Assembly: GCA_037379345.1 (NCBI GenBank)
Contig: CM074511.1
Coordinates: 45,452,862-45,516,861 of the forward strand
From: Perna viridis
Lineage: Eukaryota
DNA: 64,000 bases
Reading direction: 5' to 3'
Shown in pieces: positions 13,901 to 27,635 of this stretch; positions within the stretch are counted from its first letter, which is position 1, and every line of letters begins with the position of its first letter. The translations under genes and the position numbers were made by a program. The notes beneath the pieces were generated by a model. The model had not been told where the DNA came from and ran no database searches. It saw only the letters and a list, made by a program, of their open reading frames with translations.

Positions 13901-15423
13901 GAACAAACCAAAATCTGCAATATGTTTTATCATTGCAAAACTTGACACGAAAAAAAAGCACTTTCAAAATTTTGAAAATTCAATATTATTTATCAACATT
14001 TCTTACGCATTTCCAGTTTTTATTATTGAAGAGTTCAGTAGTAGTTAAACTCTTCCCTTTGACATGTAACTTTGATTGTACTTATGGGTTATTGCTCTTT
14101 TTGGGATGTTTTAGAAATTTGACAAATAACGCAGCTTAATCTTGATAGATATTTACGTAAAAACTGGAAGCAATAACAACTAAAATCCTCATTTCTTGTT
14201 CACAAGAAAATTGCAGAATTCAGAAACTAGTACAGTACATGTAGAACGATTATACCCATCAGGGGTATTGTTGCCCGGTTATTAATGGGAAGTGGAAACC
14301 GTATTTTTTCGGTAATTTTTTTTTATATTTGAGTCAATGACATATTAATTGTCAGTCCCTGTAAGAATCAGGCAGTGGGTGAAACATGGTATGAAAAGAA
14401 CCATCATTTTGATTGTGTAATTTGACTATTTGCACCATCAGAATCAAGGAAAACAGACAAGATTTTCCATATCATGCTGGATAATTGAGTTACAATTTCA
14501 TTGAAATGCACTGTAAATGAACATTTCAATGGCAGGTAACTGTCAAAAACCTCATTTTTTCTAGGATATGCTAGTAGATATTATTACAAAGTATTTCTCA
14601 TTTGCAGGCATCGTATCATTCCGAAAAAGGTGATAATCGAGGCTTAATTCTGGCCCATAAGTGACATGGATTTGATACGGAAATAATTAGATGAATACCG
14701 TGACATAAGACATCATTTACATATGTCAGCTATCAGCACTTTACTGACATTGTAAAACAGAAGATATATAATGCAAGATTAAAAATCATTCCGACGACTT
14801 CGAATATAAAAAAGATGTTATGTCACTATCCAGTTTCTGTTTACGAAAGCAAGTCATCAGAGTGGAAAACATGATTAATCTCTGCATGCGTTTAAAGACT
14901 TGTAAGTGACAATTCGTGAAAACTTGGAACTTTTTTCTGGTATAGAAAATTCCCAGTAGTGTGTATAAGTCCGTCATGTTATAAAATGAATTCAAGTTTG
15001 TTTGCTATTATGATTATAATTTCAACTCCTCATGCTCCCCTATTAGACGTCAGAACTTTAAGCCCGTTTGTGCCGTGTGTGTGACATCCGTTATTGTCAT
15101 GCACCAACTTCCTGTTTATCCAAAGCGAATCTGTTTGAATGCTAAAGGATGTGACATCTATGTATTATGGAAACGGTTCATCTGTATTGGAACGGCTAAG
15201 AATGAATTGATATGCCCATCCAAAATTTCTCTTCACCCTTAATGCTTACTAACCCATAATTAGGCTCCATATTAGGCCATAATGAGCTTTGTTTTTAATA
15301 TTTCTTGGAGATTATGTGTTTATGAGATTTACACATAATGCAAATCGTACTTTACTGTAAAAACCAATGTTCTCCAAAAATTCTATCATCAGAATAGAAT
15401 TAATAATTTCTTTGCGAGTTAAT

Positions 15424-15525
15424 AAAACACTCTCATGCAAAGATACCGGAAGAGTTAGTAAAAACACTCTCATGCAAAGATACCGGAAGAGTTAGTAAAA
15501 ACACTCTCATGCAAAGATACCGGAA
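15424..15525. repeat. 37-bp tandem repeat, ~2.7 copies
   Basis: AAAACACTCTCATGCAAAGATACCGGAAGAGTTAGTA repeated with period 37. Confidence 0.9.
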
Positions 15526-18500
15526 TTCCTTGGTCATTTTACATAAACATGTAAAATTACAATTAAATAAATAACAAATGCCATCATTTAATGTCATAAT
15601 TGGTTAATATTTTGCTCCTTTAAACAATAATGACGCATGTTTTTCAACCTAGGATATGATTTGTTGATTCACACAGAGAATTTTCTATCCCATTTTAACA
15701 AAACATCTGGAACGATGAATCCATTGACGTATAAATTCACCTTTCAAGTTGAATTTTGCCAGTGTCTTCTTATTCAGTCCTACCTTTTCATTTCAAATTT
15801 CATCGTAGGGCATCCCACAAGTTTCACCGAGTTTGCGCCCAGATTACTTTTTTTTCGTGGCATAGAGAATTATCATTAAACGCGTTTCAAATAAGCCTTG
15901 AAATCGTAGCTTTGAAAAATATGTGGTATGCAATTCAAAAATTCAAATTTGTATTTGTTGTAAGTGTATAATCATCTTTGCGTAATGTATGTAACGTGTA
16001 ATTTTTGCAAAAATTGTAGCGTGGGATGGAGTTAGCCATATCGGATTCAAAAAGATTTTATTACCTGGTAAACAGAAAATGTACATATAGTAAACACAAA
16101 AGAATTACGGAATATAAGAACATGTATCCCAACGTGCTTTAGTTTCTAATGAAAGTGTCTATTTACAAAGCCGATTTGTAAAACGTAATGATTATACAGT
16201 GTTGTTCATGTGGAAAGCAACACGTACTTAGGAACGGAACTAAGTTCTGAAATTGAATCTACATGTATATGTTTTCGAAACATTCAGTATCACGCGATGA
16301 ATAGATGACTTTGGGTGCGATGCTCCAGAATATAAGCACCATGCATTTATTCAATAACTTATCGTTATTTGAGAAGTGTTTTGATTTGATCTTTAAATAA
16401 TTTGAAAGCAACAATTTTGAAAATGCAATCAAATTACTTGTATAGTACTTCTGGTATATTCTAGTATCTGGATAAATTAGGCGATAACCTTTTTTTTTAA
16501 GTAAACATCTCACAGATATATCAACGACACTCAATTTGACTTTTTAATTAAGAAATAGGGGCAACGAGTTGCACAGGAACAGGATTCAGATTTCTAGAAC
16601 AGCATTTGTTTGAAGCCTAGGGTATTTATCCTCATGACGGCTAAGACAAGGAAGCTTCAATTGAACACTCGGGAAACATAAAATTAACACAAATATGTTA
16701 TTTAGATTTACAGGGATTTGGTTCTATACATGCGTCAGTCTTAATTCTAAAAACGCAATAAACATGATATTTAACACATAAGATTTCATATACATTTCCA
16801 TTGCAGAAAAGATGATCGAACACCATTTTAAATATAGTTTATACTAGTCCCCAGAGTAAACCTGGTTAGGCTCCGATGTCATTGGTTATACGTAGGCAAG
16901 TATGTCTATAGCAGTACGACTACCCGCGTTTCATTACTGAAAGGTGTAAAGATGTGAAACCTTGTAAAACAACTATTCTAATCGCCGATTTTACAAGTCT
17001 GTATCTAAGTTAAACTCTTATTTTACCAACTTTGCTCTTTTGTTTTGTACTGCCTGTTTAAATTGCAATATACCGGAAACATTTATCATAAATGGAAATG
17101 GGTAGTTTGGTGCGTTATAAAACCTGGTTTTACCTATACAATTTCCATCGGATATGCCTATACCAAGCCCAGAACATTGCGGCATTTACACGGACTTTTC
17201 TCTTTCGACTATTCCTTTTTCCTATCATTTCAGTAATTTTGTTATTACCCTTTATTAAAAAAATATGGAATATAAGTGTTAGATTTCAGAAGTAATTCGG
17301 ATTTGCACTAAATTTAGATTTTGTTATATATGTATAAATAATCATAAATATTTCTATAAAACTAAGTATTGGACAAATCCAAATGGTTCAATAGATTGAT
17401 ACATGTAGGTTCTACTTAACATGTATTTCTAGTAAGTGAAGTATTCGACATGTTACATGTATGTAAATTATTTTTGGCTCGATTTCTTATTAGACTTATG
17501 TAATGTAAATGGATCAAGTGTTTTGCTGTAACAAATACGTGCATTCCCACGGAGAGGATACAACTAACGGCGCAGTTACTCCACGTGGTTGATCATGAGT
17601 ATTGATTGTGTTTATAGTACTGAAAGACCGAAATTTTTTACTTCAATATATGTGTTAGTATGCCAATTATGAACAGCTTGTCTCTACGTGTAGGTCAGAA
17701 GAAATATGAAAATAGAAACAAGTTGGCTCTAGCATTATAGAGTACAACCGATGTTAAAGATACAAAATAAAAAATGTTTATAAATACGGTTTGTGGTGCC
17801 CTGTTAGTTTTGTTTTTTCTAAAGTGTTAAGCATAGAAAAAATAAAAATGAAAAATAAACAAAAAAAGACAAAATAAGCCACGTAACTGTCTTAAAATCA
17901 ATTTTCGGGTACTCTAATCCTAGCTCGATCCGAACCTTTAATTTGCAACTTGGATTAACTGTTTTGTAAAATTGAATTTTGAAAAGAAATCAACTATCAT
18001 TGCAATGACACGAAAGATAAAATATCTTAATTTGAAAGGCCCATACGAAAATAATACTATGAAATATACCAAGTAGTTCTTTGGCACTCATCTTATTTTT
18101 ATTTTCATAATAAATTGAAAGTATGGATGTTCAGCTAACTTGCCTTGTGTAGATAGTAATTTTTGATATTTGAAATATTGTATTAAATTCATAAACAGCC
18201 GACAGTCGACAGTCATCTTGCAACAGAGCATTGTTTTTTCTGTCTACAGAATAGGCTTTTAACTTGAAAAAATTTTGAATCAGAATTCAAACAGAAATAA
18301 AAACAAATAGAAATAGAACTCACTTGGTGATATTCCCGCCTTCCTCCCTAGAAAGCATATTTGAAATAAAAAAAAACAATCAGTCGGATGAAAAACTAAA
18401 TAAGAGATGCACAATGGCATAATGTGAAAAAAAAACTGTGTGAAAGTTTCAACAAACCCCAGTCAGTCTTTTTAGAGGAGTTGCGAACAAGAACTAGGAT

Positions 18501-21500
18501 AGGCTAGAAACCACTAATTCCACTTCCCATAGGCCTTTATGCTAATTTCACAATATTCAATGGCTTCTCTGGACTTTACCTTAACTTTAAACTACAGAGG
18601 ACTATATATCAGCATGATTCTATTCTACATATGTCAGCTCACAATCCTCAGAATGGCATATGGGGTTAGCAGACTTGCAGTGCAGTACTGGTCACCGGAA
18701 GTGAAGGGTCTATAGATAAATAGCATGGAAAATCTCAGTGTTTTCACAAGATAGGGGTATATTTAGAAATCATTATGGAGATTAGGCTTCACATCACAAG
18801 AAACAAAATGCACCTATAGAATGTACAGAAATGTTTTTCCTTTCAGAAACTGTTTATTTTTTTTAAATAAGATGATAACTTTTTTCACAGCACTATGAGG
18901 AACAGGGGTAATTTCTGTGTAAGACTATTTTTGCGTACGTTCAAAATGCTCATTGGTTGAATTGGTGGTCTGTAACCTATGTACCTCCTCAAGTAGGGGG
19001 TACAACAAAACACACAATTGGTAAATTGAATACGTTTCTATCCTTTTAAATAGCGTTAATGCATATATTAACACTATCAGTTGACCAGTAACTAATTCCT
19101 TTTACATAATAATTGAGGGTGATAACTATCTGAAGTAAAAAAGACCTTGGCGTTATCTCTATATTACGACAATCAAAATGCTTCCCCAAATGGCAAAGAC
19201 ATTATGAAAATACCGAAACAAAATAACTAGATGTGACAACTTTAAAACTGTCATATTGAAAGTTCACATCATTTTCAGATAGAGATAGAATTAAATTTTT
19301 ACAGTATTCAAACACTTACAATGGAAATTGAAAAAAAATATATGTTTTCCCAACAATTTCCCCATTCGTTGTCATAATCATTCTCATTTAAGGAAATGGG
19401 TCGCATCGACCGTACTTTCATTGTATGATAGAACAAAAATAGTATGGTACTTTCTATGTGTATTGAGGTTATTGAAAGAACTAGACGTCACAATGAGAAA
19501 TTTCAGTTAAAAGTTGTTGTGAACAAATCTTTATGTTGTCCATAAACATCTAAAAACAGGTTCAACCTAGCTTTATCGAAACAGTTTTCGATACTACAGA
19601 CAGCAACCGACGTATAGTTTCATGCAGGAATTATGTCAGCAACAATTTTTTATCAGGTCTGTTTACAGAAATTAACATCGTTTCCATTTAACTCACTTGA
19701 TATATTACATGTACATGTAGGTGCATTAGTACCTTTCTATCTGTTTCAAGTAGTTTCTATATCTGTTACTTTCATATTTTCTTATTTGTGTTTTATCAAG
19801 ATATACAAACACAAAAAAAGTTAAAAAAGAAAAAACCTTGAAAAAGCAACTCGGATGTTTTTAAAGAAAAGGGAAAGGATGCTATAAAAGTCTTAGTGGA
19901 GGATCTGGGAAGAGAATTCCCTGGGGTTGTCCCCTCTTTTGTTGGAAATCTATGTTTACTTTGTGCAAAATATTTGCAAAAATTAGCAAATGAACGCATT
20001 AAATTGCTCCTTTTTAAAAAATCTCTGGATCTTCCCCTACACTGTATTTTGTTTTAGCGTGTTTTTTTTTCATGATATCTTTGTTTACGCGAATAATTTC
20101 CAGAAATATTTTTTTTGTAGTTGGACCTATCAACTGTCCTTTTGTAATGTTAGAATTTGTTCTACATGGTGTTTTTACAAATAAAAGGCTCAACAAAAAA
20201 ATTAATTATCTTTACACACAATCTCAGACTAAAGAGGATCTTTTCCTGAAAACGCCTCAACAAAAATATGTGATAAAAGAACATATATGTAATCTGATGA
20301 AACAATATGTTGCCTTTTATACTAACATAGCATTGAATAGTCATTAAGATTTAATAACAAAGGTGGCATAAAACATAACATGATATATCTGACAACAATG
20401 TCATCAACAAAGACCAATTGCCAACATATTACCAGCGAAAGGACTGTTTAAACTACTCTGTCAGGCTACAGGCCTCAACACCCTAACCATTTTCCCCTAG
20501 AGAAGCATCTTGGAAATACTTTGTCATAGTAGTGGTGCTACTTTCCCGATAAAATAAAAATCGGTAACATTTTCTATTTTTATGATTGACCTTTGGCGAT
20601 CGTCGAGAACAAATATTATCTATTTACCAACTCTGACATTCTCTGTTTTAAATATTGTGTTCAGTTTTTGAAAGCTGTAGCAAATAGCAAATAAATAAAT
20701 TAGTAATCTTGTGCAATGTCAAATACCAAAAACAAAATTACAGATACGAAAGACCTTTCATAAATGGTTACTCAAGAACGCTCAATTTATCAAGACGCGG
20801 ATATGCAGATGCAGGTGTTTTAAGTGTTGCAGTGATACCCTCGCTACCCAATACGATAAAGGGTGTGTCTACACTTACACATGACGGGTAAATCAAACGT
20901 GAACGTTGGTTAAGTAGACCACTGTTAGCTGAAGAGACAGTTTTACAAAATACAAACGATCTTTGAAAAGATAATACGATCCTTATAAAAAGGATCTTAT
21001 CGAGAAAACGCCTTAACAATACATGCCATTTAATAAGAGTTTTTTAATCTGGTAAAATTTGTATTAAGCCAGTCATTCTCAGTGATACTATTTAAGGTAA
21101 AAGGTGAAAATATGCATATATGTTATCCGATATTATTAACAATTAGCATCAATGTGAGTGGAATAACAGTGGCATTGTAACAGAAACAATGTCCATTATA
21201 CGACACACCAATGAAAACGTTCGATAACAAAGAAACTCGCAAAGTAAACCTAGAGCAAGGAAGATCCGTTGGATTGACAATCTTTGTACATTAATTATAA
21301 GGTCGCTGACCGTCAGCACAGGACAGGTATATTTAAAACATTTGTTTTGGTTTTTACTAGAGCGATAAGGAAGCAGTTGACAGGTTGAACTGAAGTCAAC
21401 CATGATCCTTAATTACTGTTATCGGTGACCACTGGAATACAATCCTTGATCATATGGCCTATTTATTGTTCGTTTCTTTAATGTCAAACAAAATCGCGCT

Positions 21501-21519
21501 TTCGGGTTAAACTGAGCGA

Positions 21520-21668
21520 TAGGCTGATCCAGACATAAATTGGGGGTTTCAATCCAGAAAAAAATAAAAAGGGGGTTCAGGCCTGAGGTATTTTTGCACT
21601 GAATTAACAATTTTCAACAAAAGGGCGCTCCTACCATTCGAACAAACCCTTTCCCTGGATCCGCCACT
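21520..21668. mobile_element. Short MITE-like element (GGCGGATCCAG-type termini)
   Basis: AGGCTGATCCAG ... CTGGATCCGCCACT termini with a G-rich interior; related copies near 31490, 32025 and 37790. Confidence 0.5.
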
Positions 21669-22016
21669 TAACTCTCTTGGAAACTTGTTTGCAATCCTGT
21701 AAGTTTTGATTTTTACACTCTTTAAGAAAATATCTGGCGTACAGTTACGGACATAAGGAAAATCTTGCAGATTAAAATTATGTAATGCATTGTTAAAATT
21801 AAAAGTTAAAAGTTAACGTTCTATTTCTACCGTTGTTTCCTGTATACAACTGTAATGACATATTATATCCATGAACAGAGTCTTTGCGCTGACAATTACT
21901 TTCATCATTATCGCTAAGGGAGGTACCAGGAATTGTCTGACGAAAACAAGGACACTTTGAAGATATCAGAATTTGGAAGGTTGTTATAGCATTACAGTGG
22001 TCTCCCGGAGTGTAAA

Positions 22017-22299
22017 CAGGGGCGTAGCTAGGCCTATTTTAGTTGTACGAAAATTATGGCGAGGTGTCTTGGGGGGGGGGGCGCTCAAGGCCCCCGGTGA
22101 GTCCGGCAAGGCAAAGCCCTGAGGGAAACTCCTGAATTTTAACGATTTTGGAGCCAGTTTTTCAGAGCCTATACTACGTTCATGGTATGCATATGTGATA
22201 AATAACCTTTATTTCATCTTTAAAATGTGTGTTTTTATTTTTGTTACTTTTTCCGAAAGTACGCAAATGCGTATTTGCGTATAGGCAGCTACGCCCCGG
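22017..22299. mobile_element. MITE with terminal inverted repeats
   Basis: CAGGGGCGTAGCT ... AGCTACGCCCCGG; flanked by an apparent target duplication GTAAA (22012-22016 and 22300-22304). Confidence 0.75.
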
Positions 22300-22695
22300 G
22301 TAAACAAAAAAAGGTTAATCTCATATTGCGGCTATCCCCCGTTTAAAGTAAAGTTCACGAAAATACAGATCTGTGAAGAAACCCCTCTACATTTTTAATG
22401 GATATATAGGAGCTTAAGACACCACAACATCCTAAAATGGGTTATTTGCAGAAAAATAATTTGCAAATTCGGGAAAACTCGTTTTCAGTAATGAAAGTGA
22501 AATCGAGAGAATTACGTCTTACGATTCATTCATTCCTGCATGTTGATATGGTGTTTCTAGTCAGATAAAGATACATTTCCTTCTTTGAGTATATGCCATA
22601 CTATACGGACAATAACCTCAATTTCCAATAATACGAATGTTCAATGCTCTAATTATGTTATAAATGAGGTTAAGGTTATTGGTTCAATGTCCAAT

Positions 22696-22728
22696 GGTTC
22701 GGTTCCTACACAGTTTGGGAGAATTTGG
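22696..22728 (+). promoter_or_regulatory. Conserved upstream bipartite element of GADD45-3
   Basis: GGTT at 22696 and TGGGAGAATTTGG at 22716, the same 20-nt offset as in genes 1 and 2. Confidence 0.5.
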
Positions 22729-22820
22729 TACTTATAGTAAAAGAGGAAAGATTATCAATAGATGGTTTGGAAAAATGAAATTTTAACAAGTTTCTATTAT
22801 TTTATAATATAAAGAAGGAT

Positions 22821-22822
<2 letters not shown>

Positions 22823-22856
<34 letters not shown>
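22823..22856. repeat. (TA)n microsatellite
   Basis: About 17 TA units in the GADD45-3 promoter region. Confidence 0.95.
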
Positions 22857-22859
<3 letters not shown>

Positions 22860-23109
22860 CATAAAATGTTCTAAACGGATGATATCGAATGGCTTCTGTT
22901 TTGTACGAATTAATCATTTGGCAGTGGGAGGAGTCTACCTAGAGAATTAATCAGTTTAATTGAATTGATCGAATTGAATATAAAACAGTAAATGCTTAAA
23001 ATCGCTATAGACAACATAAGGGATACAAAAATCATCCTCAAGGCAAGCTGAACACGCTTTCAACTGTCCATATTCCCCTGGAAAAATCCAAAGAAGATTA
23101 GTCGGCGTA

Positions 23110-23140
23110 AGCTCCGCCTACTATACATATACGTATAAAG
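23110..23140 (+). promoter_or_regulatory. GADD45-3 core promoter (GC box + TATA)
   Basis: AGCTCCGCC 23110-23118, TATAAAG 23134-23140. Confidence 0.65.
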
Positions 23141-23243
23141 ACTTCGTTCCTCTTTGTTCATATTAACGTTATATCGCCCAGCAGAAGCACGTTGGATAAA
23201 TTGAGGAATAATATTATTGTGTTTTAGTATTAGCATTTGAAGG

Positions 23244-24667
23244 ATGACTTTTCTTGAAAACTTTGGAATTATTGTGGATGCACAAAGGTAAGCAGTGTGC
23301 ATGTTTTTTCATATTGTATTACAATGAGGTTACCCGAAACTATCAATGATGCAAGTACATGCATTATTTAAAGAGCTTCATTAAATGCTTAGTTTAAAAA
23401 AAAACTTAACTTCTTTATATTTGCATTTTAATATGCAGCTTGAATACAGCATTTGTACAGTGGTGGAAACAATACAAAGAAATCGATATTACTTAACAAT
23501 GGACTGAAAGTGTATAACAAAGCCAAAGTTTATACTATTTCATTAGCAGTCCATAGATTAGTAGTAATGCATCATATTACGTTCAACGTCATCAAACAAC
23601 TTCTGTAGGACGTGTAGTTTTGTATGTTGGCAGAGATACTCTGTAACGTAGGCGTCGTACTGCCACTCCTGGTATTAACCTCATCATGTATATGGCAATG
23701 GTTTTTTTTTCTAGGAACATCAACAATATTGGTATGGCTTTGAAAACATTGATACAGAAGGCTAAAGATGAAGGGAGACTTGTATTTGGAATATACGAAT
23801 GTGCTCTTAAACTTCAAAAGTAAGTTTTTTTTCTAGAGTATTATATAACCCCCATAAAATAAATAGACAACTTGTTCTACATGTTTATCCCCAGAAAGAT
23901 TGAAATTTCTAGTATGCATGCTTAGATTCGACTTACATTAGTATATATGCTGCAGTTTCATTGTAACATATCAAATGTTGTTATCCAATGTTGCATCAGC
24001 TAATTTTTGTATGTTATATTTACAGTATTCCAGAAGACGTGGCTCTTTGTTTGTTACCTGATGTGGTTGATTGTGATGATGTTACAGCTAACATACAGCA
24101 TAAACTGGTCGAAGCATTCTGTTGGGAAAATGACATTGAAGTCATTAAGGTAATTACATATAAATGATAAATAGTATGGGGGTAAGGGGAATAGGAAGGA
24201 ATGTTAGCGTGTAAAATCCGCTTCTTGTGTAGTTTAAGTAGTTGCAAAAATCATTCAACTTTGTTTGCACAAAATATTTAATATGTCTTCCTTATTAGAT
24301 CAATCTACAAGAAACATCCTCATAAGGGGATTTTTAAAACTTTCCTGAAAGACTTAACAAATGGGGAAATATATGCCAAAATTCTATCGTTATGGTAGTA
24401 TCTGAACTTGTTAAAGATTTAACTTTGTATAATATTTAATTTTAATAGTACAATGCACAAATTAAATTATCATAATATCTTTTTCAGGTCAATAATATCC
24501 AAAAGATGTGGAAATTATTCTCCATGGATAAATGTGATACCAATATTACCGACATTGGCTGTGTCTTGATTCAGAATGAGAAAACAAACAATAATGAAAC
24601 AGAGTTCATAAACAACTACTATTCTGTGTTAGCAAACCAAACACCTGCTGTCTCCTTACCTGATTGA
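23244..24667 (+). CDS. GADD45: GADD45-family protein, paralogue 3 (150 aa, 4 coding exons)
   Basis: Exons 23244-23287, 23715-23819, 24026-24149, 24488-24667. Protein MTFLENFGIIVDAQRNINNIGMALKTLIQKA...GIYECALKLQNIPEDVALCLL...DDVTANIQHKLVEAFCWENDIEVIKV...DIGCVLIQ...PAVSLPD*. Predicted 3'UTR intron 24699-25097; AATAAA at 25361 and 25448. Confidence 0.95.
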
Positions 24668-27289
24668 TAATTGAGCATTACCACCTTTACATTACCAGGT
24701 AAGATCAGTGACAATTTTAACATCACCTGGTGAAAAATATAGGTCATCAAATGTCTACTGAAAATGTATTGCCAATTAGGTGTTTCATTTCATAAATAAA
24801 GAAATATTGCTAGACATGTTAAACAACCAAATATATAAAAACCATAGGAAGTCAAATCTTATTTAGTCATAAAACAATATAGCATTTGATATTGAAACAT
24901 TGCCTTCAGCCATCAATCTACATGTTGTAGAATGGTTATAGAAAAGTATGATTCAACATTAATAAGCCAAATGCATGTTGTTGCATTTATTTTATACCTG
25001 GTTTAGCTTTGATATATTTCAAATGTCAGCAAAATGCTTTCATTATCATCTTTTTATCTCCATTCACAAGTATTTAAATGTATTAACTTCATTTCAGGTA
25101 TCAAAAGCCTGGAAACCAATTTTGGTTACATTCTAGTAAGTAAGCTGCATGAGGACAATGTATCCAGTTATTTGGTCCATGGTTGGCCAAATATCGTCAG
25201 TTGGAGTGCTCCACACTCCACTAAAAGTCAGCTCAGCTCAGGGGTATCCTGTTGAATAAGACCTTAGGAGGTTATTTTTATCCTTAGATGGTATTCCTAA
25301 GGAAGGTTACTGGAGAAAATGTGTCAATACAGGTGTGAAAATGAGGTCTACATGGTTATAAATAAAAGAAGCTGGATGGACAATTGAATGGCAAATACAT
25401 AGACCACTCGATATTTATTACTGTACCTTTTCATTATTTCATGTTTAAATAAAATGATTTAAACGTCTATTTGTGTTCTTTTTCACATTTTTGATAATAG
25501 TAAATTTATTGTTTGTATTGTTATTATAAGAAAGTGAGAAGAAAACAAACACTTGCACCCACACAAATCATCGTGTGAACATTGGAAAAAAAATCCGAAG
25601 TATTTTGTCTCGCATTATTAAGTATAGAACAGGAGCAGCAAAACATGTACATAGTGGGCGTTGTTGCAGGTGTCCTTGCATAAGCTGATTCAAAAGGTGG
25701 TGGGAGCCCGGACACCATTTATGCTCGAAAATTGATTTTATAGAAATCCATTAACAGTCCATCTTCAGGAAACCAATGGCCCTTTCGTTTCTTTATTCGT
25801 TAAAGCCTTTATGATCAATGTAGAATGCCACGACTGATATCCAGTTAAAAAGAAGGTTCGAATCTCGTAAATTGCCGCTGATGTAAAGTTGTGTGTCTAT
25901 GGCTGTGATTTGTCTTGAGTGTAGTCATTGACTTCAGCGGTCAGTCACACTAAATAGCTGAAAACCTGCAGATAAACAGACAGATCCTTCAAGGATCGAT
26001 AACCCAGATTTCTACAGATGTAGTTGACCTGCTTTAAGTTGTTGTAAATGCAATTGGTGACAACAACATCCTGTTTGAAGTGAACTCGCATGGACAGTCC
26101 ATCATACTTATACTTTTGCTACTTATCAAAAAAAATTGAAGTTTTCTTTGTTAATTGAATATCGAATGAATGGTGGCGTTTTGATGTACATCAATCATTT
26201 CGCTGGATTGTGGTACGAAGATTGGTATATATGCAAGACGGTTTATTCCGACAAATTTAAAAGTTCTGCCAATTAGATTCTCAATACCCACACTAACTGT
26301 TATTAATTGTCGTCGCATGGCTGTCTCCTACGCCACTAGTCAGACGTGGGTGCTAGGACCACGCATTTGTGTACTTCTTTAAATGTTAAACGTTTTTTGT
26401 CTTTTTTCAACCTACCACAAAAATACTTTTTAAAGCACTGAAAAGTTCATGTGCATCCATGGGCTATTTTTTGTGTGTGCAGGTTTTGAATTCTCAGTTA
26501 GAAAGTATACGACTAAACAAAGAAGCCACCATGCAATGCTGGATATCCGGTGAGTTGTCCTTGAAAAAGCAGTATACTGATCGCCAGTGAGCTAATGTAC
26601 ATATATACTTAGTGTATGATATCCAGTCAGTGTATTTTTTTTTTCATTGCGAAAGACCAAAAAAGTTATTATATCTTCATTTCGATAGTATTTGATGAGA
26701 CTTTAAGAAGACATTTTTTTTTTCGTGAAGTTGACTTTCATAAGCATATTAATTATGTAAAATCGACACAAAACAAAGCCTCGTTCTCTTGAATTTAATT
26801 AATATTTCTGTCATTATTATGATATATCCTATGTCCCTGATCATGCTTTGTAAAAAAGGATTGTAATATATAAACATTGATTTTGATGGCATTAATTATT
26901 ATCATCATTAATAATTAATCAAACGACAGTAGTTTTAAAAACGACAAAATGTTGACAAATGACATACGATACTTCATATAACAAAGTTGACATCGGTCTA
27001 TATACTATACCATATTTGCATGCTATTGTGTCATCATCGGTGAATTAGCGGTCCCATCAGCACAAAGAACAATTTACCAAAAAAAAAAAACAACCATTAT
27101 TCATTATTTTAAAAGAAAATGAGTATTTTTCAACCAATGACTGATATCTAAAAAATATTTTGTAATAGACCTTTTGAGACGCATTTCCCCAAAGCCCTGA
27201 TTCAGGAGTCTGTTATACATATAATTATGGCGTTCAAGGAAAACAGAGTAGTTAGTACTTGCTATAGCGTAGCGAATCAATTGTGAAAT

Positions 27290-27635
27290 ATAAACACCGT
27301 ATGCAAGAGATGAAGGTATATTGCTGTACAGGTAAGGAAAATTTATGATACTGAAATTAAGGTCGTCTCTTTTATCTTAAATCTAAGTGCTGAGATGCCT
27401 ACTGTTGTCAAATTCGAGATGCAGAACAAACTGTTTCTGTAACCTCCTTTATCTCGAGCTCTGATGGATATATACTGAAGGTAACCATTTACCAAAAGAT
27501 GATTCAGTCTTGTATGAATATAAAAACAAATCGTCTAGGAGAGGAGCACAGTTAGTGCCCATCGGAATGCCAACTTGTTGAAAAAAATAGCTCCTCCAAA
27601 TGTGACAAATATGTTATCAATGAGGAAATCAAATT
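27290..27635 (-). mobile_element. Penelope-like RT fragment
   Basis: Minus-strand remnant reading DFLIDNIFVTFGG..FQQVGIPMGTNCAPLL.DLFLYSY with frameshifts. Confidence 0.85.

Noticed and set aside
15424-15525. CRISPR-like 34-44-bp repeats (also 35250 and 50913)
   Set aside because: Head-to-tail units without unique spacers, no cas genes, eukaryotic context.
15660-15850. PHD-like remnant (ETCGMPYDE..WIH..C) on the minus strand
   Set aside because: Contains stops and incomplete Cys spacing; cannot be supported without a search.
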